The position numbers were made by a program, and so were the translations under genes. From NCBI GenBank assembly GCA_964016885.1, contig OZ024740.1, forward strand, positions 371,752,001-371,816,000: DNA of 64,000 nt, read 5' to 3'. Source of the stretch: Eledone cirrhosa (taxonomy: Eukaryota). Positions 48,463-62,833 of this stretch are shown here, one piece after another (positions within the stretch are counted from its first letter, which is position 1; each line of letters starts with the position of its first letter). The notes below the pieces were generated by a model, which saw only the letters and a program-made list of their open reading frames with translations, did not search any database and had not been told where the DNA came from.

Positions 48463-49665
48463 ATGCCACCAAAGTCTCAACAAAACAACAACTCACTGAA
48501 CCAGGACATCTTAAATGAACTCAAAGAAATTTCCTCTAAACTCTCAATTTTGACCAACAAAGTGGACCAAATACACATCTATAAAAAAGGACCCCACGAA
48601 GAAACAGAAAATACCCAAGAGACGAATATTACTCCAGTATTAACTAAGCTAATCGAAACCATTGAAACAGCAATGCTCCAAAAGCTTGAACAACCGTTAG
48701 AACCCAATCTACGAGATGTCCACTCAGTGAAAAACACCCTAATCAACATATGGACTCAAAAGCTGACAGCCCGCAAATTCGCCCTTTGGAATCTCCTAAA
48801 AAATAATGGCAAGGCAGACATATATGAAAAGTGGCTAAACTCTACCCCAATCATCCTCCCCAAAAAACTCCAAATAAAACCCATCCCGAATGAACCAGAA
48901 AACCAACAAAGACTTAGGGAAAAGATGGCATTGGAAAAATTTAAAACAGAAATAGAACTGTTGTGATTAAGAGCCAACTCCAACGAAGAAAAATTCAAGT
49001 CACTCGACCAACAGATGGACACAGAAATCTCAAAGCACTCTGAAGGCCTACTCTACAAAAAACCCCTAAAACTTTGGAAAGAAAACTGTGAGGATGAAGA
49101 ACTCACATCCCTCCAGCGATGGGAAAAAAACGCCACCTGGTTCAACAACTACGAAATGGACTTCAAAAATGAACAACATACAGGTAACCCATTTTTAAAA
49201 CAAACTAAAACTCACACACCACATGCACAACAAATAACAAAAAAAGTAACAAAACGTCCAACATACCCCCAGCAAAACTATAACGATAATCCCAGAAACC
49301 ATAGACAAAACTATAACCCTACTAACAAAAACCAAAGATCCCCGAACACAAGGCAGGACCTGATCCGCAGATCACAACCCACACAAAACCTATTCCAAAA
49401 CCGTAGACCCCTGCCCACACAGAGCCTGTTCCAAAACCATAGATCCCAACCCACACAAAGGAACCAAATCTACAACCCGGACTATCAACAAACCGAACCT
49501 CAATACGTCCGAAACTTCTATACAAGACCACACAACAACAGGGGAAATACCATTAGATATAATAATACCAATGAAAAAACATTCCAGAAAAATCATTTTT
49601 TAGACCAAGGCTACAGGACTCACGACACCCGGTGGCACAAACCGATTTTGAAAAACCGAAAATAA
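48463..49665 (+). CDS. PLE upstream ORF (~400 codons): helical/coiled-coil-like N-terminus, N/Q/R/P-rich C-terminus; one in-frame TGA at 48964
   Basis: ORFs 48463-48966 and 49015-49665 are in the same frame; the ATG lies directly after the pLTR. Confidence 0.65.
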
Positions 49666-51904
49666 TTAACATTTCAAATACAAACCTCTCAGCCCAACAA
49701 GTAAAAATTCTCTCCAAAGGTCTGAAATTCACACCAACACCACAATATCCTAACCCCAACGAGATAAATGACGATATCTCACACTTCTGTAGAAAATTAC
49801 GTCTCACAGAGGAATTCTTTGACAAGGAGAATAACGACGAATCAATTGTACGGAATAAAAGCAGCTACAACCCAACAAAAGGTAGAAACAGAGTTCTGGA
49901 CAAATTTTGTGACCACATAGCTACCTTCCCATACCATGAACTACCGCAACCTAAACCCAAACCCAACACAAGTCGAAGGGAATGGGAGAATATCCATGAA
50001 CTAAAAAACAATCCGGACATTGTAATTAAGGAAGCGGACAAGGGAAGTACTGTTGTCATTATGGAGGCTGAAAAATATAAAAATTCTATGTTCTCTCTCT
50101 TACAAAATGCTAATTACTATGAAAGAGTAAAAAACTACCAGCAATCAAAAATAATGACCAAATTAAACACACTGATTTATCGATACCAGGAAGACCTAAC
50201 TAAAAAGGAACGCGATTATTTAACAAATTTTGAATACAAAACCAGCAACCTTTACGGACTTCCGAAGATCCACAAATGTAAAATAATCAACGATGCCTGT
50301 AAACAATCCACCTCAGCCTGCGTGAACACACAATACCCCACAGACCTTAAATTAAGACCAATTGTAGCGGGCCCACAATGTGAAACACACAGATTGAGCA
50401 ACTTTATAGACATACTACTGAAACCAATACTGAAACACATACCAAGCCTTGTAAGAGACGATCTGGACCTCTTAAACCACCTCCCCAAACATGTCAACAA
50501 CGACACTATTATTGTGTCTTTCGATGTAGTGAATCTCTACACAACGATCCCACACCAATACGGACTAGAAGCAATAGGATTCTGGCTAGAGAAATATCCC
50601 AATGAGATACCTGACAGAATAGAAAAAAGCTTCATCACCGAGGGATTAAAATTCATCCTACAGAACAACTTTTTTGATTTCGATGGCAATACTTACAAGC
50701 AAATATCGGGGACTGCGATGGGCACAAAAGCCGCTCCAACGTATGCCAACTTAGTCATGGCATACTTAGAAGTCCAGATATATGAACAGTCCAAATCATA
50801 ATACGGATTGAACTTCCACAAATATTTATCAGAGAATTGGAAACGCTACTTGGATGATTGTCTCATTCTTTGGTCTCACACACTCAACCAACTGAAGAAT
50901 TTCAAAAACTTAATAAACAGCATCAATAACCACATCCAATTCACAATGGAATACAGCCAAGATCAACTCCCATTTCTGGACATCTTAATCTTAAAAAAAG
51001 ACACAAATATTGAAACTGACATACACTACAAACCAACAGATTCCAAACAATACCTGCTATTCACCTCCAACCATCCAAAGCACACGAAGACGAACATTCC
51101 TTTTAACCTAGCAAGAAGAATTTGCACAATTGTCTCCAATTATGAAACGCGAAATAAAAGACTTCAAGAATTAAAGGAAATTCTACTTGAGAGAGAGAGT
51201 ACCCACTATTACTAATAAATAATGGAATAGAAAGGGCTAAAGCAATAGGCATTGATGAATTACGGAAACAGAAACAAATTCAAGGTACGTCCAATATTCT
51301 ATCATATATCTCAACACACAACCCAAGAAATGTGGAAGCTTACAACACTATTCACAATAACATCCCACTACTAAAACAAAACCCAAGAATGAAAAAAGCC
51401 CTTGAAACACACAAAATAATCAAAAGCAAAAGACAACCAAAATCACTGAAAACATTACTCACCAATGCTAAATTACCTACCACAAACCCACAACCAAGTA
51501 TCAAAAAATGTGGTCGCTCTAATTGTGGAACCTGCACTCACCTCATTGAAGGCAACACGTATACATTTAAATCAAGACAAAATTTTACTGTAAAAAATCA
51601 CTTCACTTGCTCATCAAAAAATCTAATTTATGCCATTAAATGTAAAGGATGCAATGAAGATTATATAGGACAAACTAAACTCACACTCAGAAACAGAATG
51701 ACAGTTCATCGCCAACAATTACGAGATCCAACCACGAGACAGATACCACTAAGTGCACATCTAGACATTTGCGCAAGTAATAAGACACCCAAATTCCAAG
51801 TCTTCCCATTTTACCTTTGCGCTAACAATACAACAGAACAAATGCGAATAAATAAGGAAAATATGTTTATTCAAAAATATAGACCAACATTAAATAAGGT
51901 TTAA
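49575..51904 (+). pseudogene. PLE reverse transcriptase plus GIY-YIG endonuclease (stop at 50799, frameshift near 51195)
   Basis: LSKGLKFTPTP, IKEADKGS, LYGLPKIHK, LRPIV, SFDVVNLYT, GTAMGT, RYLDD, SNHP, CGRSNCGTC, NLIYAIKCKGC-YIGQT, RNRMTVH. Confidence 0.92.
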
Positions 51905-52113
51905 TATACATTATGTCAACACCACAATATAACATACACACACACACATAACACCTTCTACTTTAGAAAATAAAAACCCGAACTAAATAAACCTTAAACA
52001 TACGTTTGCACTGGCAATACAACAGCAAACACGAAAATGTCAGGAAAATATGTTCATTCAAAAATATTCCTACTAAAGGAATCATTTTCCTACACACACA
52101 CATACACACACAC

Positions 52114-52144
<31 letters not shown>

Positions 52145-52395
52145 TCTCTTCATCTTAACATGCTAACCATACTCCCACACACATAACACCCATACACACA
52201 CATAACAACCCCCACACCTACAACACCCTCCCCATTTCTACTAATAGAACCACTTTCCTACACACATATATATATACACACACACAAAATATATATTCTC
52301 TCTATCTAACATACTCGCACACACACACATAACACCCATATACACACACACACAACTCCCTCCCCCATCTCTACTAATAGAATCATCTTCCAATA

Positions 52396-52441
<46 letters not shown>

Positions 52442-53205
52442 AGCACACAAATAAACACATATCTTCAGTCTCAATAGAAAATCTGAACTCTGACACCTGA
52501 ACTCTGACAGCTGGCCATATTCACTGAACCAGAACATTTCTCCCAATCCCTTTTCCCTTGACCACTATCTCTCCATTGTCATAACATTCACTATAAAGAC
52601 TACAGAATAGTTTTCCAAATAAGGGCGCAACAATGTAATGAAAACTTGTTCACGTGACAGCCAAATTTCATTTATAACCAACCAAAAAAAAAGCCTTCGT
52701 GAGCCTCATTTTTTCAAGTAAAAAGAAATTCAAACACTCATATATGAAAAAACAACCTGTGACAACCCCCCCTCTCTTATTTGAAGAACTATTGTAACGC
52801 GAACTGGCGCGAAATTTATTATAATTATTGACAAACCAATCAAATTACTTCTCGAAAAACCTGGTTTTCGAGCCACTTTTTCCATATAAAACAAGTAACA
52901 TTTAGAGACCAACCAGATGTGAGAAAAACCACAGACCCTCCATCTCAACTCACCTTTTGAAAAGCAGAAGAACTGCGAAACCGGTAAAGGAACCAAATAA
53001 ATATATATATTTTTAAAAAAAATAAGACTTCAGTTGCATTTTCGATTTCATCCCTTTTTCTTTATACTTCCACTCGTGTAGGACACCTCGGTTATTTTTC
53101 ATTTTGTAAAAAAAAACCTCACTTTCTAATATATAAATATATATATACATATAATATATATACATATAAATATATATATATACATATAAATATATATATA
53201 TATAT

Positions 53206-53550
53206 AACAAAGGAATTGTGGTAAGGAATCAGATGGACCATAACGTACCAGAGTACTCAATACTTACGGTAGTAGAGTGGGAAATCGGAAAAAGTATGAC
53301 CCCCGACGGCAGAGCTCAAGCCGTTTCGACGGCTATTTGTGGACTAAATTAGAAATTTTAGCCCGGTGAATAAATAACTTATCAAGGGGGTACTTTCTTA
53401 TGTGGGAAGATTGTAGTTGTCAAGCGGATTGGTTAAAATTTGTTGTAAACACAAATAAGTCTATCATGGCATTTGGTGGGAGGTAGGGGTAGCTGAACTT
53501 GCTTGTAGAACAATAGGGGAGTGAGTGGAGCGGTCAAGCGTTGAAAGTGA
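53206..53550 (-). mobile_element. Diverged family 3 fragment with HHR remnant 53301-53389
   Basis: Same long terminus (AACAAAGGAATTGTGG) and CCCCGACGGC...TTATCAAGGGG. Confidence 0.75.
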
Positions 53551-53563
53551 TATGTATATATAT

Positions 53564-55928
53564 TAGGGTGTTCCAGAATCCCACATTTTACACAGAAGTG
53601 TTTTTTTCTTAGCTCCCTATGCATTTTCTCATGCCATTTTGTATATTATCAATTTATAATGTCATTTGGATTATTGCAGACTAATTTAAGCTTTGCCTAA
53701 TAGTTGCAAATTGGCAGAATAATGGCGGAAACCAGTGGGCCTAGTTGTAGCTACTCGCTCCGTTGTGACGATCGAGAAATATGGCTCCTGGGGTAATATG
53801 TTACATCCTTTTCACCAAAAAAATACCAACAAAGGGGGATGTTCTAAGATATTTCTTCTACCTGAAAGATTGTCCTATGAAACACGAAAAACATGTGAGC
53901 TTCAATGGTGCTATTGCGGATAGGCTTGTGATGGAAGTAGTTAGTCAGTCGGAAAAAGCTGGTGTGGTGACTCAACGAAAAGACAAAGTGAAACTGAAAA
54001 TTATGAACATGTACAGTGAATACATAAATTTACAAAAAAACAAAGGAAGCACTATTTATTTCTGAATTAGATTCGTATTTCTACATTGCACATACTGATG
54101 CTGAAAAGAAAATTTTGAAAGACCGTCTTCGTAATAATGAACAGAAAATGGAAGATGCTACCTTTCTAGAAGCCCTGCGTAGCCAGCAAAATGTATCTCT
54201 GGGTGCTGGAGACACAAAAGTTACCAGAAAAAGGTATCTTCAAAGTTTAAGCGTGATCAGGTTTCTGTGGCTCGTTGAGAGTCAGAGAACCATAGAAAGC
54301 GTTTGTCAGGATCTGTAGCAGCACAACTTCCACGTAATGAACTGAGTGATTCAAGTTCAGCCAATGATGAAACTGAAGATGAACAGGATCCTGAATTTGA
54401 GGCCTCAAACTCACACATAGACAGCCACAAAGTCAGACAAGAAACGAAAAATCCAGCCGGAACTCCCAAAGAATTCATTTCAAAGTACAACAATTTCTCT
54501 AATGGCTGATCGTTTAAACCTGACACTGGGCCAGAGAACAGCATTTATGGCATCGATTATTTCTGAGGGTGGGACTGACATAGACGCCACAACTCTCTCC
54601 AAGAATAGTAGCAGACGTGCAGCTAAGAAGACCTGTGGGGGCTGAACACATAAATGAACAATTTTCTGTACCAGACTTTGTTACCTTGCATTGGGGATGG
54701 CAAAATAATTCCTGGTGACCACGAGAGGCTAGGTGTGCTAGTTGCTGGAACTCCGGACTTCAGAGAAGGTATACTCCTTGGTGTTCCCATAATTCCTGAT
54801 GGCACTGGAACCACCCAAGCCAAAGCATCATTTGATCTTGTTAAAGATTGGAATGTTTATGCGTCTGTGGTGGGCTTGGTCTTTGACACAACTGCTTAGA
54901 ATTCTGGATGGAAAAATGGTGCCTGCGTGAAACTAGGTGTTTTATTTTGCTCAACAAAAAGGTGTTTTATTTTGCATGTCGGCACCATGTCATGGAGCGT
55001 ATCTTATGTGCAGTGTGGCAACAACTATTCGGAGCAATGTCCAGTCCAGACACCCCAGAGTTCAAGGAGTTCAAAAATGATTGGGTGTCACTCACGAACA
55101 AGACCAACTTTAAAACATTGAACATTGTCGACCGGAGACTCAAGCGTCTGTGTTCTGAGAACATCAAGTTCCTCCAAGATTTGCTGACATCCGACGATGG
55201 GAAAATGAGTTCTCTTCCACGGGAGGACTACTGAGAATGTGCCGAGTTGATGTTGATCTTGCTTGGTGTCACCCCTCCTCGTGGAATTCATTGGATGCTG
55301 CCTAGTGCACATCATAACGCTCGGTGGATGACCATAATCATCTATAGTGCAAATATGTATGCATTTGGTGAGCGACTCAATTACGATCAAACTAAAATGT
55401 AAAAGTTGCGCCGGATCTGTATGTTCAATGCTCTGTTCTACGTGCGATACTGGCTGACAGCAGTCAAGTGTGCTGATGCACCATCCAATGACCTTCAATT
55501 CTACGTGGAGTTGACACAGTACAGTAAGGTTGACAGAGATCTCTCGCAGACAGCCACTACTACTCTGAGCAGGTATCTTAGGTACCTGACGGAGGAAGCC
55601 ATTCCGCTAGCGCTGTTTTCAATTTCAACTCGGGTTCAAGAGTCCGAGAAGAAACAAATAGCTCAACGTCTTGTCAAAACGAAAACGTCTGGGCCTCTCA
55701 GCCATGGTGCTCCAGTATTTTCCGAGTTGAAGTCATCCACGAAGCTGCCTCATCTAGTTGTGAAGAAATCAAGGTTTCTATTCGATCTCTTTGGTCTCAA
55801 CGATACTTGGCTTGAGTTGTCACCTGCAACTTGGTCATCACAAGGGACATATCAAAATCCCTGTGCTGTTCACAATATAAAGGTAGTCAACGATCTGGCG
55901 GAGAAGGCAGTCAAGTTGATAACTGATT
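53564..55928 (+). pseudogene. hATm-like DNA transposon, decayed transposase, right end lost at (TA)n
   Basis: Left end TAGGGTG; [52 protein letters not shown]. Confidence 0.75.
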
Positions 55929-55946
55929 TATATATATATATATATA

Positions 55947-56036
<90 letters not shown>

Positions 56037-56109
56037 AATATATATGTGTATATAAATATATATATAAATATATATATGTATATATATATAAATATATATA
56101 TAAATATTA

Positions 56110-56862
56110 CTTAAATATAAGTATGTATACGTACATACATATATGTATACAGACGTACAGTAGTATGTATATATATATATACATACGTGCACACATATAT
56201 ATATGTACGTATGGATTCACCGAACATTTATTATAATACGTACATATATATATGTACGTATTATAATAAACATTTATTATATACGTACATATATATATAT
56301 ATGTGCATGTATGTATATATATATATATACATACTACTGTACGTCTGTATACATATATGTATGTACCTATACATACTTATATTTAAGTAACAGCCGTACT
56401 AAGAGTGGGAAATGAAATTTCGTTTCATTTTTTCCGTTTATCGTTTTCAGTGCACCCGGCCGATTAACCCACTCGATATGCAAATTAGGCTGCTCAGCCG
56501 TTAATATGCATAAGGAAAGTATATAATTTCAGATGTTCAATCATCTGGCAGGAAGGTATACGTTGCTGACGATAGCTAATAAGCTTGAAACTAGTACAAC
56601 GTTCCTTTGTCAATGTTGAACAAACGAGCAACAATGGTTGCTAGACACTACGGCTTAATACCGATATTTGTTTACAAACACACCGAGCATTATAATAAAT
56701 GTTTGGTGAATCCATACGTACATATATATGTGTGCATGTATGTATATATATATATACATACTACTGTACGTCTGTATACATATATGTATGTACGTATACA
56801 TACTTATATTTAAGTAACAGCCGTACTAAGAGTGGGAAATGAAATTTCGTTTCATTTTATCC

Positions 56863-56865
<3 letters not shown>
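56110..56865. repeat. Family 2 hammerhead repeat (427-bp period) with a short inverted arm
   Basis: AAGTAACAGCCGTACTAAGAGTGGG at about 56385 and 56812; homologous to 8117-9215. Confidence 0.85.
56561..56601 (+). ncRNA. Minimal type I hammerhead, family 2 (core intact)
   Basis: CGTTG-CTGACGA-tAGCT aata AGCTt-GAAA-CTAG-TA-CAACG. Confidence 0.85.
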
Positions 56866-56917
<52 letters not shown>

Positions 56918-57041
56918 TGTATATATAGTGTATTTGGCAATACACTGTATGCTTAATTAAAAGCATTTTGAAGACCTTGCGCTATTGTTTTAAAGTAGAG
57001 ACCATTTCACTTACTTCTTTTTTCAACAAACAAAGGGAGAT

Positions 57042-57087
57042 AAGCTGACAGATCTCTGTTTCATACTGTTGGTATTCATCAGAGATT
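57042..57087 (-). ncRNA. Type I hammerhead with long interrupted stem I
   Basis: Sense: AATCT-CTGATGA-ATAC caaca GTAT-GAAA-CAGA ga TCTG-TC-AGCTT; flanks TTCAACAAACAAAGG / CCTTTGTCTGTTGAA also pair. Confidence 0.8.
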
Positions 57088-58431
57088 AGCACTCGCCTTT
57101 GTCTGTTGAAAATTATAAATGTTGGATTCTTATAGAATTCCAGTAATAATCAGGAACTGATTATACAGAGCGGTTGTCGTTCCAGCAAAAATTGAAAATT
57201 AGAATTGGTGCTCTGAAATAAAATATCTTGCAGTATATGGTAAAAATATCTTGCAGTATATGGTTACTTAATAATGCCTAATCAGATCATGTTCTGCTAA
57301 GGTTGAATTTACTTTTCAGCCTTTTGGTGCGAATATATTTACCAGTTAAGTAGTAGGGTTAAATACAGTGACTACAATCCTTCTACGAGATATATGGGTT
57401 TGTGACTGTGTCAGAAATAATAATAATTGTTATCACAAATTCTTTCTATGCACAATAGACCTATAATTCTATTCACCATATTGCAATTAATATTACTATT
57501 AACCATAAACTTTAGTTCGTGATTGTTTGTCTCTCGTTAGCAGAGTTTACTACTAAAATCATCATATTTAACACATAGATACTGATTAAATTCGAAAACC
57601 TCTGTTTCAGAATAGTAGCAATAGCATCTACCGTCGAAACTCAATACTTTGCAACTTCAATTTTATCACCAATGTATTTGTCTGTCATTGAACCTGACAC
57701 GATAACACTTATAGTCAAGATACATATATAGCTGATGGCATCAAACAAGTCCAACTGTTATAGATAACAGTTGAACATTGGTTGAGCCAATTATATATCT
57801 ATTCCTGCATGCCAATATTGAATTACCCTTATTCTACAGCTGTCAAAACCAGCAAGAACACTATCGCCTTTCATTATCATGCTCATGCCATGTATATATA
57901 GAAATGTAAACATATGGCTCAATTAAATTTTTCAGAACTAACGAGACATCGGTATATCTAAATAAGAAAAACACCAATTTTTTAAATTCTCATTGTGAAG
58001 AAGAAGCTACTTTAAATGTATTTCGTATTTTTTACAGTTGTTTAATTCTATTATGTTACAATCCAAAAGATTAACATGAAATGAGCATTATTCCAGGCCT
58101 ATAGAAAGACGACTAATTTAAACTCACCTCCACTTTTCAATGACACAAGATTATTTCTCCGCCAACACTAAATATGTTTCCTAATGGAATTAGTTTCGTC
58201 TAAACTGCATTTCCAACAATAAAATTCAAATAACAACCATATATTAGATTAGTGAAAACTTAATTTTCTACAGTTGCACACTATTTCCAAAATATTACTT
58301 AGCATTTACGAAATCGACAAATTGTGTTAAATAAATGAGAAAGCTTACAAAATTATTTCAACTTCACAATCGTTAGAGGAATGCGCAATCTTAGTGATTT
58401 TGATAAATCAAATAGTTGAAAGTAGTTTTAA

Positions 58432-58600
58432 ATAATTGTTTCTACTTTTGGCACAAGGCCAGCAATTACCCAGTGCATTACTGGTACTTTATTTTATCAA
58501 CCCCGTAAGGATGAAAGGCAAAGTTAACCTCGGCGGGATTTGAACTCAGAATGGCAAGGGCCGTAACTCTATGCTTCAAAGCATGGCGTCCTGCCAATTC
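58432..58600 (-). mobile_element. Nin-type SINE (older copies near 59120-59410 and 61050-61165)
   Basis: Matches the other copies. Confidence 0.75.
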
Positions 58601-60689
58601 ATCTGTGCACCACACAATACTGGGACTGCATGGTATATAGAAAAACACCACAAATGACATTATTCAAAGTTTCTGTTCGGGATATACAGATCAAAGCCAC
58701 TTGCGTCTATTTATTTAAAGGGAATCTTTTGAAACCTCACATTCCTTTAATCAAAATTTTAACAACAATAAATACATAACATAAATTAATCATGAAACTG
58801 TGATAGAAACGAATTAGTACATTCCTATCTCAACAACAGCAGCTAAATTCAAATCAAGTTATTTTTCCTCTCTCGGACACCAAACTGATAATTCTCGTGC
58901 AATGTTTTGTATCCGATAGAAATTTTGTAATCTTCATTTACATATTCTATTGCAAATCAAACTAAAAGATTTGCGCGTGTCAGTTATATCCATAATCGAT
59001 AACAATTATTGAAATTATCATGAAATACAACTCAAAATACAATATTGATCTTTTAACATTGACAAAGAATTCGGAATTTGACGGGAGAGAATATTTGATT
59101 AAAACGATACCAACACTTAACTGGTACTTGCATTATTGATCCCAGAAAAATGGAACGCAAAGAACCTTCTCGGCTAGATTTGATCTTATATTGTAAAGAC
59201 GCGTAATCATATATTGATGTCTTCCATTAGCTGAGGACCTCAAATTGGGATTAAAATGATCGATTATATGAACCTGAGTGCTTGTCTGATACATAATTTT
59301 ATCCATCACGTAAGGACATACGACAAAATTTACCTCGACGGGATTTCAACTGACTGAAAAATTGTAATCAAATTTTGCAAGGTATCATGTCTGTTCCGTC
59401 ACTCTACCGATTACGTCATCCACAAAATATAATTTTGAAACAATTTTAGACATTTGCCATCAATATATTTCCCTTACATTCAAGCATTGAAATTCTAGGA
59501 CTATAAACATTTAAATGGCCATCCATTGATTTCAGCTGTCTTCAATAAACATAAAAAGTTAATTCTGTTATCATCGTTTCATTTTCAATATAAAGTATCA
59601 CCAATATTTTACCAGCTCTGCGTCAAACAGTAGAACAGAGAAAACTAGCCCAATCCCTGTTTACAGACGATATTGCATTTGTTCATCTGTCAACTCTTTA
59701 TTTGTATTTTATATCAGAACTACCAGCATAGTGGAATTCATTGAATCAATAAATTAAATTTTATGATACTTGAAACTGACATGCATTTCCCTGGCTTTTT
59801 TGAGAGAATACAACATCCATTCAACTTTTCAGGTTTACGGGGATTTTACATCCTACTTTAATGTCTGCCCCATTCATTAAAACCAGTGAACATCTAATAT
59901 ATCTCCACTAAATTTTATGAACGAGTTGTCAGCAGGGCTATTTCTAGACCATTCAATAAGTCTAGTCGTCTTGCTGCTGTCATAGTATAAATAACCCCAG
60001 AGTCCCCCATCTCCGGAGTTTTAATCCAGTTCAGTTTCATATAAGGTTTACACTTAACAATTACATCGGTTCTGCCCAACACTGCATAAACTTTGTGAAT
60101 CACCCAACAGAAATTGAGAGTTTGTCGGCTGAAAATGCCAGAGTCATTGAGGGATATGACAATTAACTGAAGTGACCTTAGGTCGTTACATAGAAGAATC
60201 GAAATCCAGAAATTTCAGCCACCTATCATTTCTAATAGCGTCGTCGATGAAGACATTGTTAAAATTAGGGGAGAGATGAAGACGAGTACTTAACGTCAGA
60301 TCCATAAGAGGCTGGAAACGTGTATTCGCAAAATTCTTTTCCATAGGATAAATGAACATTTTTCTCTTTGGAGGAGTTCTTGTCAGTAAGATGGTAAATG
60401 TTTTCTGTTTCATCATTCAAGAACCAGCTTCACGCTGCTTTTGTAAAGAAATGCAAAGGCCTGTGCGGCCCACTGATTTACTAATGTCTTATTTTTAGCG
60501 TTATTTTGGTCGCATGTATCATCAATGTGTTTTAGCTTCCAGCCTTATTGATTCTTTTTCGATCTGCTATTTGCATTGCTTTATGCAATCTACCATATTT
60601 GCCTAAACTGCGTGTCGCAGTTCCGAATTGGAGGGCTCGACTTACTTTGTGCTATCGGAAGATAGTGTGTGGCGCGTGTGGGCATGCTA

Positions 60690-60722
<33 letters not shown>

Positions 60723-60751
60723 GGAGAGAGAGAGAGAAGGAGAGAGAGGAG

Positions 60752-60784
<33 letters not shown>

Positions 60785-61972
60785 AATTATGTTACCGATT
60801 TACGAAATTCATTAGATACAAGGAATGGCAGAATATCTTTTGGTAGCATTTTCTTTTGGTTCGCCACTTCTAATATTGTAAGTAGCCTTCCTTTTCCTAG
60901 TAACCTATGGCAACCTATATATTTTGAAGAAAATTTCGCCTAAAATGGGAATATGATTTTCAATCATTTAGATTATTATTTTAAACATTTGTACTCACCT
61001 GTAAGGTGAATTGTACGATCGATAGTTTGCCTTGCAAGATGTGCAACTTGTGGGGGAGGGGAAGTCGGTTATAGTGACTTCAGTATTTGACTGGTACTTT
61101 ATATTATCAACCTCGGAAGGATAAAAAAGGCAAAGTTGACTTCGGCAGGATTTGATCTCAGAACATAAAGCACCTTAAATAATAATTATAGTAACAAGAA
61201 TAATTATAAGTTAATATTTGAGAGATGTCTTTTGTATCATACAAGTATTAAAGCATATAAGAGGAAGCCAGTTTGTTATGCTCTGCTTTGTTAAAAAAAT
61301 ATAAATTAAAAAAATATGGAATCAAAATATTTCTTTTAACAATTTTCTTTCCTTTCATCGATAGAATGTTGCTGTTTTGATTCTTTATTTCAGATGAAAA
61401 TAAAAAAAAAAATATTTTACTGATTTCAATACCTTTTTATCCCATACTTTGATTTTTGTGTTTATATAGCAATTTTCTTTCTTTCTTTTTTTTTTATATA
61501 TTGATCAGACATTTCACCACAATTTCCCTTCCACTTTCGTTCTTTATTTTTAATTTGTCTTTCTTTCTTTACGTTTTTGTATTCATTATCTTTCTATGAA
61601 CACTACTTTAATCGTCCCTTCATTCAATAGCTTTCTCTCTCTCACTCGTTCTTTCTCCATTCTATCTTTCCCTTACTCTTTATATAGTCCAGTATCTTTC
61701 TCTTGTACTCTTCTTCCGTCTCTATTTTCGGCTGCACCATTATTTGTCCTATGCCATCTTTCTATGACAGTAGCAATCCATCTCAGAAGGTTGCTTCTCT
61801 TCTTAACTCTGTTAAGTCTGTTTTCACCACATGATCTCTAATTCTTTCACGTAGCCTTGTTCTCTTCCTTGCTCTATCTCCTTGCTTCGCCTTTCTTTTG
61901 TACTCAACATTTCCCTTCCTATCGAACACATTTAATTGTTTTTCTCTTTCTTTTACTTTGACTTGTATTCAG

Positions 61973-62833
<861 letters not shown>

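Larger units (their letters stand above)
47658..53131 (+). mobile_element. Near-complete Neptune-type PLE: inverted pseudo-LTR 47658-48100, direct partial pLTR 48100-48437, coding region, 3' pLTR about 52563-53131
   Basis: Repeat relationships read directly; RT and GIY-YIG motifs listed below; ends in (TA)n. Confidence 0.92.

Noticed and set aside
48964-48966. In-frame TGA as selenocysteine or readthrough
   Set aside because: The element has other lesions (TAA at 50799, frameshift near 51195), no SECIS was identified, and a point mutation is simpler
52070-52440. Three imperfect ~130-170-bp repeats in the Neptune 3' UTR
   Set aside because: CA/TA-rich low-complexity duplication with no evident structure
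59780-60420. Short minus-strand ORFs in GC-richer sequence, a possible exon or LINE ORF1 relic
   Set aside because: No motif I can identify, the frames are broken, and there is no supported splice structure
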